This document shows positions 56,129 to 64,000 of a DNA stretch of 64,000 nt, one piece after another. The notes beneath the pieces were generated by a model. The model did no database searches. It was not told where the DNA came from and worked only from the letters and a program-made list of their open reading frames with translations. This DNA comes from Bacteroidales bacterium OttesenSCG-928-B11. GTDB lineage: Bacteria; Bacteroidota; Bacteroidia; Bacteroidales; WCHB1-69. The translations under genes and the position numbers were made by a program. Within the stretch, counting starts at the first letter, position 1. Each line of letters begins with the position of its first letter. Location of the stretch: contig JAJDJJ010000002.1 of the NCBI GenBank assembly GCA_030267125.1, positions 29,934-93,933 of the forward strand. Reading direction: 5' to 3'.

Positions 56129-56737
56129 ATGAAAAAATTTCGATTACTTCCCGCCGTTATGATCCTGGCTGCTTCATTGTTTATCGCTTGCGATCCGGAA
56201 GAGAATGGTGAAAATGAGGACAAAAATACTGTTGATACTAAATCGATGACAATCGATGCTTCGGGGTTTAGCGATTGGAAGTACTTCTCTTTTGAGACCG
56301 GTAAAGAAGTTTCGGCGGCAGATGTCGGCGATTACGAGAGCAGCAAGTTTAAAATGAACTGGGATATTGCTTTCCATCGTGGGGATATCCGCACCAACAG
56401 CGGTGCTTCCGGCAATGGAAAAGGCGGAGCGCTGAAAGGAAACGGCGCCAAACTCGCCGATATCATAACCATACCAACCGAAGGTTATGCGGTTGACGAA
56501 GAGGCGGAAATTATGATTGAGATGAGTGCGGATGGTTACAGAACCCAGTCTAAAAATACCGTGTTGGCTACTTGGTACAGCAGCGAAGGTATGCCGCCAG
56601 TATATGTTGTTAATGATTATGTTTACGTTGTGAAGACCGCCGATGGCAAATATGCCAAAGTGAAATTCACGGATTATACTGACGATGCAGGTGCTGGAGG
56701 ACATATTAGTTTTTCCTACCAGTATCCGGTGAAATAA
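56129..56737 (+). CDS. hmuY: HmuY-family hemophore-like lipoprotein
   Basis: The ATG at 56129 gives MKKFRLLPAVMILAASLFIAC. TIDASGFSDWKYFSF, NWDIAFHR and a C-terminus KVKFTDY...ISFSYQYPVK resemble P. gingivalis HmuY. Followed by TBDR and CobN-like genes. Confidence 0.8.
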   Translation: MKKFRLLPAVMILAASLFIACDPEENGENEDKNTVDTKSMTIDASGFSDWKYFSFETGKEVSAADVGDYESSKFKMNWDIAFHRGDIRTNSGASGNGKGGALKGNGAKLADIITIPTEGYAVDEEAEIMIEMSADGYRTQSKNTVLATWYSSEGMPPVYVVNDYVYVVKTADGKYAKVKFTDYTDDAGAGGHISFSYQYPVK

Positions 56738-56769
56738 CTCTGTTTTTGGTTTATTTTTCGTACATCACG

Positions 56770-56795
56770 CCCTCCTCAATTTGTGGGGAGGGTTT
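56770..56795 (+). terminator. weak hairpin between hmuY and hmuR (possible partial terminator)
   Basis: CCCTCC (56770-56775) / GGAGGG (56787-56792) followed by only TTT. Confidence 0.3.
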
Positions 56796-56834
56796 CAATT
56801 TAATCCAAATTTTGATATTCAAGAGGTTAACCTA

Positions 56835-59000
56835 ATGAAAAAAATTATATCCCTTCTCTCATTTTTCCCTTTTTTCCTTTTAAATGCAGCGCCGGTCACA
56901 CTCTCCGGTTATGTGAAAGACAATGAAGGAAATTCATTGTCCCATGCGTCAATTGTGTTTGAGAACAGCAGGCTTTCATCAAATACCAACGAAAATGGTT
57001 TTTTTAAAATAACACTACCCAAACCTGATCAATACAAAATCCGTATATCGCTGTTTGGCTACGAAAACTTTGAGGAGATGGTCAATCTCGAGAAAGATAC
57101 CGCAATCAATGTGGTTTTGCACTCCGATATCTTGAATCTTAATCAAGTAACGGTTACTGCCACCCGGACACCCAAACTGTTGAAGGAGGTTCCCGTGCTC
57201 ACCCGTGTCATCACCTCCAACGATATTCAAAAATTGAGTGCGGTAAATGTTAAGGACCTGCTGGAGATGGAACTGCCCGGTTTGGAGTTTGTCCGCCAGA
57301 TGGACGGACAGGTGGTCATCAATATGCAGGGGATGGGCGGCAATTACGTGCTCTTCCTGATTGATGGTGAACGGATGGCTGGCGAAACGCTCAACAACAT
57401 AGATTACAGTCGGTTGAATGTGCAGAATATCGAACGGATCGAGATCGTGAAAGGATCGGCATCCACACTATATGGCTCCAATGCGATCGGCGGGGTGGTC
57501 AACATCATCACAAAAAATGTTAATAATCCATGGCAAGTGAACGTGAACGGACACTACGGTGCGCATAATGAGCAAAACTACGGGTTATCGGCAGGGTTCA
57601 AACAGAAAAAATGGAGCAGCCTCACTACCGCAACGTATAATCAAATCGATGCTTATTCATTGTTGAACACACCCGATTCCACCGGAAAGCAAACCGAATC
57701 CAATGTTTACGGCGGACGTAATTTCTCGGTGAATGAGAAGCTGACGTTTCAACCTATTGCCAAACTGAAATTTATCGCCAAAGGTAGTTTTTACATGCGT
57801 GACCGTTCTATCTATTTCAACGACAAAGAAGAGCGCATGGATAAGAAACCCGATCGCTACCAATGTGCAAGCGGCGGATTGCAAGCACTTTACACCATAT
57901 CGGAAAAACATCAATTGCTGGCTTCTTACAGTTTTGACCAATACAGCAAATTAGTGAATTATGTGCTGCTCGACTCCTTGGCGTTGACTTACAGGAATCA
58001 AGACCATTCGGGAAGATTGCAATACGACTATTTTATTAATAAACGTAACACGCTCACTTTCGGGACGGAGTTACTGAATGAGAAACTAATGAGTTACCAG
58101 TTTAACGGTTCCGAACACCATGGTAACACTTTCGTGATTTTCGGACAGCATGATTGGATGATTTTCAAGGGATTCACCGCAGTATACGGTGCCCGGTTAG
58201 ATGTTCACTCGTTGTATGGCGCACATCTTAGTCCCAAGGTTTCCTTGATGTATAACCTAAAAAGTTTCGCTTTCCGGTTCTCATACGGGCACGGATTCCG
58301 GTCGCCTTCTTTGAAAGAGCTTTACATGGATTGGGATCACCAAGGAATGTTCCGTATCATGGGTAACCAGAACCTCGTGCCGGAAAAGAGCAATCACCTC
58401 TCCTTTTCAACGGAATACACACACAAAAGGATCAACGTGTCGGGAATGGTTTTTTATAACAATATTCAGGATAAGATTACGGAAGTATTTAATTCAAAAG
58501 AAGATACAGCGTTATATATCAATGTGAACCACGCCATTATCTATGGTGCGGATCTGAATTTCACGGTGAAACTGCCCAAAGGGTTCAGCATCCGATTGTC
58601 TTATGCTTACGTGAACGATTCCCAGATGGAAGATGGCATCAACGTTTCCGACACGCGCCCTCACTCAGCAACCGGTCGTTTCGGTTATGATCTGAATAAA
58701 AAGAATTATTCGTTAAATGTGACCTTAAACGGAAAATTAAACGGTCCGTTAACCATGGCTACCCTTACGGATGACAGCGACCCGGATAACCTGATTTTCA
58801 ACGAAGTAAATTACCCCGCTTATATGATGTGGCGATTGATTATCAACCAACGTTTCTGTCAAGCCTACAACCTCACTATCGGTATCGACAACCTCTTCAA
58901 CTATAAACCTCAAAAATACACTTACAACACCACGCTATCATCGGGAATCACCCCCTTCGTGAGCGTGAGTATTGACGTGGACAAGATTTTTCAAAAGTAG
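56835..59000 (+). CDS. hmuR: TonB-dependent outer membrane receptor (HmuR position)
   Basis: The ATG at 56835 gives a signal peptide. Carboxypeptidase-regulatory-like N-domain (VTLSGYVKDNEGNSL), plug (IERIEIVKGSASTLYGSNAIGGVVNI) and a beta-barrel. C-terminus ...FVSVSIDVDKIFQK. Confidence 0.88.
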   Translation: MKKIISLLSFFPFFLLNAAPVTLSGYVKDNEGNSLSHASIVFENSRLSSNTNENGFFKITLPKPDQYKIRISLFGYENFEEMVNLEKDTAINVVLHSDILNLNQVTVTATRTPKLLKEVPVLTRVITSNDIQKLSAVNVKDLLEMELPGLEFVRQMDGQVVINMQGMGGNYVLFLIDGERMAGETLNNIDYSRLNVQNIERIEIVKGSASTLYGSNAIGGVVNIITKNVNNPWQVNVNGHYGAHNEQNYGLSAGFKQKKWSSLTTATYNQIDAYSLLNTPDSTGKQTESNVYGGRNFSVNEKLTFQPIAKLKFIAKGSFYMRDRSIYFNDKEERMDKKPDRYQCASGGLQALYTISEKHQLLASYSFDQYSKLVNYVLLDSLALTYRNQDHSGRLQYDYFINKRNTLTFGTELLNEKLMSYQFNGSEHHGNTFVIFGQHDWMIFKGFTAVYGARLDVHSLYGAHLSPKVSLMYNLKSFAFRFSYGHGFRSPSLKELYMDWDHQGMFRIMGNQNLVPEKSNHLSFSTEYTHKRINVSGMVFYNNIQDKITEVFNSKEDTALYINVNHAIIYGADLNFTVKLPKGFSIRLSYAYVNDSQMEDGINVSDTRPHSATGRFGYDLNKKNYSLNVTLNGKLNGPLTMATLTDDSDPDNLIFNEVNYPAYMMWRLIINQRFCQAYNLTIGIDNLFNYKPQKYTYNTTLSSGITPFVSVSIDVDKIFQK

Positions 59001-59151
59001 AAGAGTAGACAAGAGGATGAGGAAACGAGGGAATAAGAAGATAGAAATTGAATTAGATTCTATGAACCGAGCATGACGAAAATCGTCGCCAAAGAGAATG
59101 ATTTTTCTTCATGCGAGCTACATACGACCTCAGAATAAAGAACATAATTAT

Positions 59152-62100
59152 ATGAAAAAAAGAACCTTACTGATTATTATTGTTAGCATTATCGCGGTGG
59201 CTGTGGTGACTTTTGTGGTTTGGAGAAAGACGGCGGCACCGACGAAGATCGCATTGCTGAATTTCCAGAACTTCCAAGTGGCAAAGATGATCCGGTCGGC
59301 GGATCCTTGCATCAAGGCCAAACAACTGACTTTGGGCGATTTCAACAAACTGAAAAACTACGATGCCATTTTGATTTTCGGGATGGGTATCCGGATGACC
59401 GATGAGCACCGGGCGCAACTGGAAGAGCTTGCCGCAAAGGGTGTTCCAATCTATTCTACCGCTGTAACCGATCCGGTCAATAATATCGTTTCCCTCGACT
59501 CCTTACACCTGCAACCAATTGCCGAATACTTAGGGAATGGCGGAAAATCAAACTATAAAAGTCTATTTAACTATATCCGGAAAGAGATTTTGGGCAAGAC
59601 AATACGCACCGGTGAGGTTCTGCCGCCCGTGGTCCGCAGCTCCGATTTCCTTTTCTATCTAGATGAAGAGCTCTCTTTCGAAAATGTAGCTGATTATCAA
59701 AGTTATTATGAGAAAAACGGATATTATAAGAAAGATGCTCCGAAGGTGGCAATCATCACCGGCATCGCCGATCCGTTCGACTCCGACAAGGGGTATGTCG
59801 ATTCATTGATTATTTCGTTGGAAAACAAGAATATGAACGTCTATCCGATCTCTTCGGTGATGAAACGGCTGACGTTTCTGCAAGAGATCCAACCCGATGC
59901 GGTGGTCTATTTCCCGCATGGCCGTTTGGCTATGGGACAGGCTGATGCGGCGGTTGAATGGTTGAAAGCGAATAATATACTGCTTTTCACACCCCTCACG
60001 TTGAATGCGACGTATGATGATTGGATAAAAGATCCGCAGGGAATGAGCGGCGGTTTCATGAGCCAAAGCGTGGTGATGCCCGAATTGGACGGCGGTATTA
60101 CCGCTTCCGCACTCGTGGCACAATATATCGATGACGATGGTCTCTATATCTTCAAAACCATTCCCGGACGGTTGGAACAATTCACCTCAACTGTTGATAA
60201 CTATCTGTCATTAAGAAAGAAAGCAAACAAGGATAAGAAAGTGGCAATCTATTACTTCAAAGGTGCCGGCAACAGTGCCCTCACCGCCTCGGGGTTGGAG
60301 GTCGTTCCTTCGCTTTATAATTTCGTAAAGACATTAAAGAGCGAGGGTTATACGGTAAACAATCTTCCCGCTAACGTTAAGGATTTTGAGCAGATGATCA
60401 TGAACCAAGGGGCTATCTTTGGAAGTTACGCCGAGGGAAACATCAATAGATTCATCAATTCAGGTTATCCCGAATTAGTTGATGCTGAACAGTATGACGG
60501 TTGGTTACGCAAAACGCTGACCCCAGCGAAATATGCCGAACTGATTGCGAAGCATGGTGAAAGTCCCGGTTATTATTATACTACCGTAAAAGAACAACAG
60601 GAGCATATTGCGGTGACTCGTATTGATCTGGGTAATATTACATTATTGCCACAACCAACACAAGGAACAGGCGAGAACAGTTTCGCCGCCGTTCATGGCG
60701 ACAATCCTGTGCCACCACATCACTACCTCGCTTCGTACCTTTGGGTGAAAAACGGTTTCCAAGCGGATGCAATGATCCATTTTGGAACGCACGGTTCGCT
60801 GGAGTTCATCCCCGGCAAACAGGTCGCACTCTCTTCCGATGATTGGAGTGATCGTATAATCAATGATTTGCCACACTTTTATTATTACACTATCAGTAAT
60901 GTCGGTGAAGGGATCATTGCGAAAAGAAGATCTTACGCCACGTTGATCTCGCACCTCAACCCACCCTTTATGGAAAGCGGATTGCGGAAGGAAATCACAG
61001 GTTTGCAACAAAAAATCACGAATTTCTTATCTAATGACAAATACCCCGAAAATGAAAACTTGGCGATCAAATCCTTGGCTATCGAAAGGGGATTGCATCG
61101 GGACTTGCAATTGGACAGTGCAAAAAATAGTCCCTATACCATAGCGGAAATAGAGAAAATTAACAATTATTTGGAAGAGTTATCCGCGGAAAAGATTATG
61201 GGTGGAATTTATACGTTGGGCGAGAAATTCGACGACGGAAAGATCCGTTCCTCAGTGGAGCTGATGAGCATCGATCCGATTGCGCATGCGTTAGCGATTT
61301 TGGATCTGCATAATAATAAGATCGATGAACGAAAAATGGAGGATAAAGTCTATTTTTCAAAACATTATACTTCCAAAGCAAAAACCATTGTGCAACAACG
61401 TTTAGCTAATCCTTCGGACGATATTTCAATGATCTTCCGCGGCGTGGGTTTGACGGATGAGGTTCTAGCGCAAGCCGAGGATATCCAACAGCGGATGCAA
61501 CCACCCGGTCGCCGGATGATGGCGATGATGATGGCTGAACAGCAAGAGGATACAGGAAAAGAAAAACCGAAAAAACGGAGCGGACATCCTTCGTGGATCC
61601 CAAAGAGCGGCGAGATGCCCGAATCGGTGAAAAAGGATCTGGAAAAGAAAGAGACGGCAACGGCGAAAACGGAAATGCCAAAGCGAGATGCGCCTACCGT
61701 GTCTAAAGAAGAGCGGGATTTTGCACAAGCCGTGCAGGCACTCAAACAGACGATTGAAAACATCAACCATTACGATAAGGCATTGCGGGAAAGTCCGCAA
61801 ACAGAGTTGAACCAGTTGATCCATGCATTGAATGGCGGTTACATTGCCCCCTCATCAGGCGGAGACTTCATTGCCAACCCGGCAACTTTGCCGACAGGTC
61901 GTAACTTATACTCAATCAATGCGGAAGCTACACCCACACAGCAAGCCTGGGACAAAGGAGTGAAATTGGCGCAAGATCTGATCGAAGATTATAAGAAAAA
62001 CCACGACGATCAATATCCTCGTAAAGTGAGTGTTACGCTCTGGTCAGGAAGTTTTATCGAGAGTGAAGGAGCAACGTTGGCACAATTGTTCTACTTGTTG

Positions 62101-63393
62101 GGTACGGAGCCGGTACGAGACCAATTCGGTAGAGTTTTGGATATCAAGCTGATTCCCGATGAAATACTGCAACGTCCCCGCATTGATGTGGTGGTGCAGA
62201 CTTCGGGGCAATTCCGCGACTTGGCGGCATCCAGGCTGGCGTTGTTGCAAAAGGCTATCGATTTGGCGGCAGAGGCCGACGGCAGTCAGGACAATTTTGT
62301 GGCTGAAGGTAAGTTAGCGGCCGAGAAGGTGCTGCTCAACAAAGGTTATTCTCCGAAAGAAGCGCGCGAGTTAGCGACAACCCGTATCTTCGGTGGTATC
62401 AACGGCATGGCGGGCACCGGCATCACCGGCATGGTGGAAAGCGGAAGCCGTTGGGAAAACGAGAGCGAAATCGCAAAAGTCTATCTCAATAACATGGGCG
62501 CAACGTATGGCAACACTGAAAGTTGGGGAAGTTTTAAAGAGGGTGTTTTTGAGGCGGCGTTGCAAAATACCGACATGGTTGTACAACCTCGGCAGAGCAA
62601 CACGTGGGGTGCGTTGAGTCTCGATCATGTCTATGAATTTATGGGCGGTGTCACGCTCACGGTCCGTAATGTAACCGGCAAAGATCCCGACAACTATTTC
62701 AACGATCTGCGCAACCGTTATTCCGCAAACATACAGACGCTTAGCTCGGCGATCGGTTCCGAATCACGGACAACCATACTGAACCCGAACTACATCCGAG
62801 AGCTGTTGAAAGGCGGCGCTTCCACAGCCTCGAACCTGACCGACGTGGTTAAGAATGTATATGGCTGGAACGTGATGAAGCCCAAAGCGATAGATCATGA
62901 ATTGTGGGAAGGTATCTACGATGTTTACATTGAAGACAAGCACAATCTGAATGTCCACGATTTCTTCAAAAACGAAAGTCCGGCGGCGTTGCAAGAGATG
63001 ACTGCCGTGATGCTGGAAACCGTGCGGAAAGGCTACTGGCAGGCCTCAAAGCAACAAGTGGAACAGCTTTCTAATTTACATGCGGAATTAGTGGCGGAGT
63101 TCGATGCCGGTTGCAACGGGTTCACTTGTGATAATCCGAAATTGAAAGACTTCATAAAAGAAAATGTTACATCTCAGCAAGCGGAAAAATACGAAGAGAA
63201 GATTGATGATGCACTAAAGGCAAGCGTCAGCGACCAGCAATCGCAACGATTGAAGAAAGAGCCGGTTAGCGGACAGAAAGAGAATGGCATCGGAGGGGCG
63301 AGATCCGCCATCATCGTTTTCATCGTGCTTAGCTTGGTGATCTTCGTCATCTATTTTGTGAAAAAAAGAAAAAATAGTGGTGTAAAGTACTGA
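59152..63393 (+). CDS. hmuS: CobN/Mg-chelatase family protein (HmuS position)
   Basis: The ATG at 59152 is followed by an N-terminal TM. Large CobN-like body (FGTHGSLEFIPGK, ATLPTGRNLYS, VVQTSGQFRD) and a C-terminal TM (IIVFIVLSLVIFVIYFV). Confidence 0.85.
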   Translation: MKKRTLLIIIVSIIAVAVVTFVVWRKTAAPTKIALLNFQNFQVAKMIRSADPCIKAKQLTLGDFNKLKNYDAILIFGMGIRMTDEHRAQLEELAAKGVPIYSTAVTDPVNNIVSLDSLHLQPIAEYLGNGGKSNYKSLFNYIRKEILGKTIRTGEVLPPVVRSSDFLFYLDEELSFENVADYQSYYEKNGYYKKDAPKVAIITGIADPFDSDKGYVDSLIISLENKNMNVYPISSVMKRLTFLQEIQPDAVVYFPHGRLAMGQADAAVEWLKANNILLFTPLTLNATYDDWIKDPQGMSGGFMSQSVVMPELDGGITASALVAQYIDDDGLYIFKTIPGRLEQFTSTVDNYLSLRKKANKDKKVAIYYFKGAGNSALTASGLEVVPSLYNFVKTLKSEGYTVNNLPANVKDFEQMIMNQGAIFGSYAEGNINRFINSGYPELVDAEQYDGWLRKTLTPAKYAELIAKHGESPGYYYTTVKEQQEHIAVTRIDLGNITLLPQPTQGTGENSFAAVHGDNPVPPHHYLASYLWVKNGFQADAMIHFGTHGSLEFIPGKQVALSSDDWSDRIINDLPHFYYYTISNVGEGIIAKRRSYATLISHLNPPFMESGLRKEITGLQQKITNFLSNDKYPENENLAIKSLAIERGLHRDLQLDSAKNSPYTIAEIEKINNYLEELSAEKIMGGIYTLGEKFDDGKIRSSVELMSIDPIAHALAILDLHNNKIDERKMEDKVYFSKHYTSKAKTIVQQRLANPSDDISMIFRGVGLTDEVLAQAEDIQQRMQPPGRRMMAMMMAEQQEDTGKEKPKKRSGHPSWIPKSGEMPESVKKDLEKKETATAKTEMPKRDAPTVSKEERDFAQAVQALKQTIENINHYDKALRESPQTELNQLIHALNGGYIAPSSGGDFIANPATLPTGRNLYSINAEATPTQQAWDKGVKLAQDLIEDYKKNHDDQYPRKVSVTLWSGSFIESEGATLAQLFYLLGTEPVRDQFGRVLDIKLIPDEILQRPRIDVVVQTSGQFRDLAASRLALLQKAIDLAAEADGSQDNFVAEGKLAAEKVLLNKGYSPKEARELATTRIFGGINGMAGTGITGMVESGSRWENESEIAKVYLNNMGATYGNTESWGSFKEGVFEAALQNTDMVVQPRQSNTWGALSLDHVYEFMGGVTLTVRNVTGKDPDNYFNDLRNRYSANIQTLSSAIGSESRTTILNPNYIRELLKGGASTASNLTDVVKNVYGWNVMKPKAIDHELWEGIYDVYIEDKHNLNVHDFFKNESPAALQEMTAVMLETVRKGYWQASKQQVEQLSNLHAELVAEFDAGCNGFTCDNPKLKDFIKENVTSQQAEKYEEKIDDALKASVSDQQSQRLKKEPVSGQKENGIGGARSAIIVFIVLSLVIFVIYFVKKRKNSGVKY

Positions 63394-63395
63394 AA

Positions 63396-64000
63396 ATGGA
63401 GAATATACTACTTTTCCTAATTCCAATGGTGCTTATCAAAACATTGTTTATGAGCAGTTTACTCCCGAAGAAAAGAGATCTATTTATCTTTGGGAGCATC
63501 TGTTTGCTTTGGATCTTCACCACGCATTTCTTCGCCATAGAACAAAACAAACTCGTGTTGGAACGGATCATCGGATCACAAAACGCCATCACTAACCTAT
63601 CTATCATCGTGATGCTCGACTTGTTGCTGACATTAGGTTTCAGTCAATCGCTCATCAAAAAAATGGCGGGCGAAAATCGGAGTTGGGGTGCGAAAATTGC
63701 CGCTTATGTACCGTGCATCCTCTTTTTCCCCGTATTAACTTACCTGCAAATCACCCTCTTTTTTCAGTTGCCGGGTTACAATTTCGTCTTATTAACGACA
63801 CTGTTTGGTATATCATCTTTTATATGTATAATGGGTGGAAGTTTTCTTCTCCGGAAAATAATCCCTGAAGCGGAAGTTCGCATCGAATTGGTTTTGCTTT
63901 TTTCTTTATTACTATTCCTCTTATCGATCTGCTTCATGGTTTTCCACCCTTCTATTTTAATCTATTCATATTCACAACCCGTTGATTGGAAAGATTTTAT
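63396..64000 (+). CDS. integral membrane protein, partial (runs off window end); hmuT-like position
   Basis: The ATG lies 2 nt after the hmuS stop. My own translation (MENILLFLIPMVLIKTLFMSS...FMVFHPSILIYSYSQPVDWKDF) is open to nt 64000 and very hydrophobic. It is absent from the ORF track, presumably because no stop lies in the window. Confidence 0.6.
   Translation, partial: MENILLFLIPMVLIKTLFMSSLLPKKRDLFIFGSICLLWIFTTHFFAIEQNKLVLERIIGSQNAITNLSIIVMLDLLLTLGFSQSLIKKMAGENRSWGAKIAAYVPCILFFPVLTYLQITLFFQLPGYNFVLLTTLFGISSFICIMGGSFLLRKIIPEAEVRIELVLLFSLLLFLLSICFMVFHPSILIYSYSQPVDWKDF

Noticed and set aside
56174-56704. 176-aa minus-strand ORF covering almost all of hmuY
   Set aside because: The plus-strand frame has a lipoprotein signal, HmuY family motifs and operon context. 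The antisense ORF has none of these.
59001-59151. Cobalamin riboswitch upstream of the cobN-like gene
   Set aside because: The 150-nt gap is purine/AT-rich. It has no B12-box-like GC-rich core and no extended conserved helices that I can see. The context is heme uptake, not cobalamin synthesis.
1-64000. Mobile element, genomic island or defence locus
   Set aside because: I could recognise no integrase, transposase, recombinase, phage, restriction-modification, toxin-antitoxin or cas genes, and no tRNA gene is present as an integration site. Gene content is largely housekeeping.

Overview
This 64 kb window reads as a core-chromosome segment of a Bacteroidota genome, probably Bacteroidales-like. 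Three things support that: about a dozen intergenic TAnnTTTG -7 promoter boxes, a short 286-aa primary sigma factor, and a T9SS C-terminal sorting domain together with an hmuY-type heme locus. It is densely coding, with about 55 CDS. I saw no rRNA, tRNA, CRISPR array, integrase, transposase or phage genes.

Content in order:
- An ECF sigma / anti-sigma / DUF4252-like trio, followed by two divergent tandem paralogues (S41-peptidase-like by eye). Each paralogue is preceded by an array of a 58-bp hairpin repeat.
- phnA/yjdM, then three small secreted proteins or lipoproteins.
- htrA-rpoD, rplU-rpmA, an RseC-like gene, a bifunctional nuclease, an LptF/G permease and an S9 peptidase.
- An RND efflux operon (MFP-RND-OMF).
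- pyrH-2TM-frr-gcvH, tonB, a Ca-type P-type ATPase, apt, ilvE, an OYE flavoenzyme, a T9SS plug-like protein and a ROK kinase.
- tsaD placed back-to-back with tamB.
- A TetR-TolC-HlyD-2xABC ATPase-2xABC-2 permease operon (ybhGFSR-like).
- A 1289-aa T9SS-sorted protein with two CotH modules.
- recA, a TPR protein, ruvB, an OMP, an FAH-family enzyme, a nucleoside permease and a patatin.
- An hmuY-hmuR-hmuS(cobN-like)-hmuT-like heme locus that runs off the window end.

I found no convincing wholly novel multi-gene system. The items most worth a second look are the hairpin-repeat arrays with the ECF-linked degenerate S41-like paralogues, the duplicated CotH protein whose second module looks catalytically degenerate, and the hmu locus (HmuY without the canonical His ligands, HmuS with a Met-rich insert). 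All protein family calls are by-eye motif recognition from the supplied translations. No database search was run.
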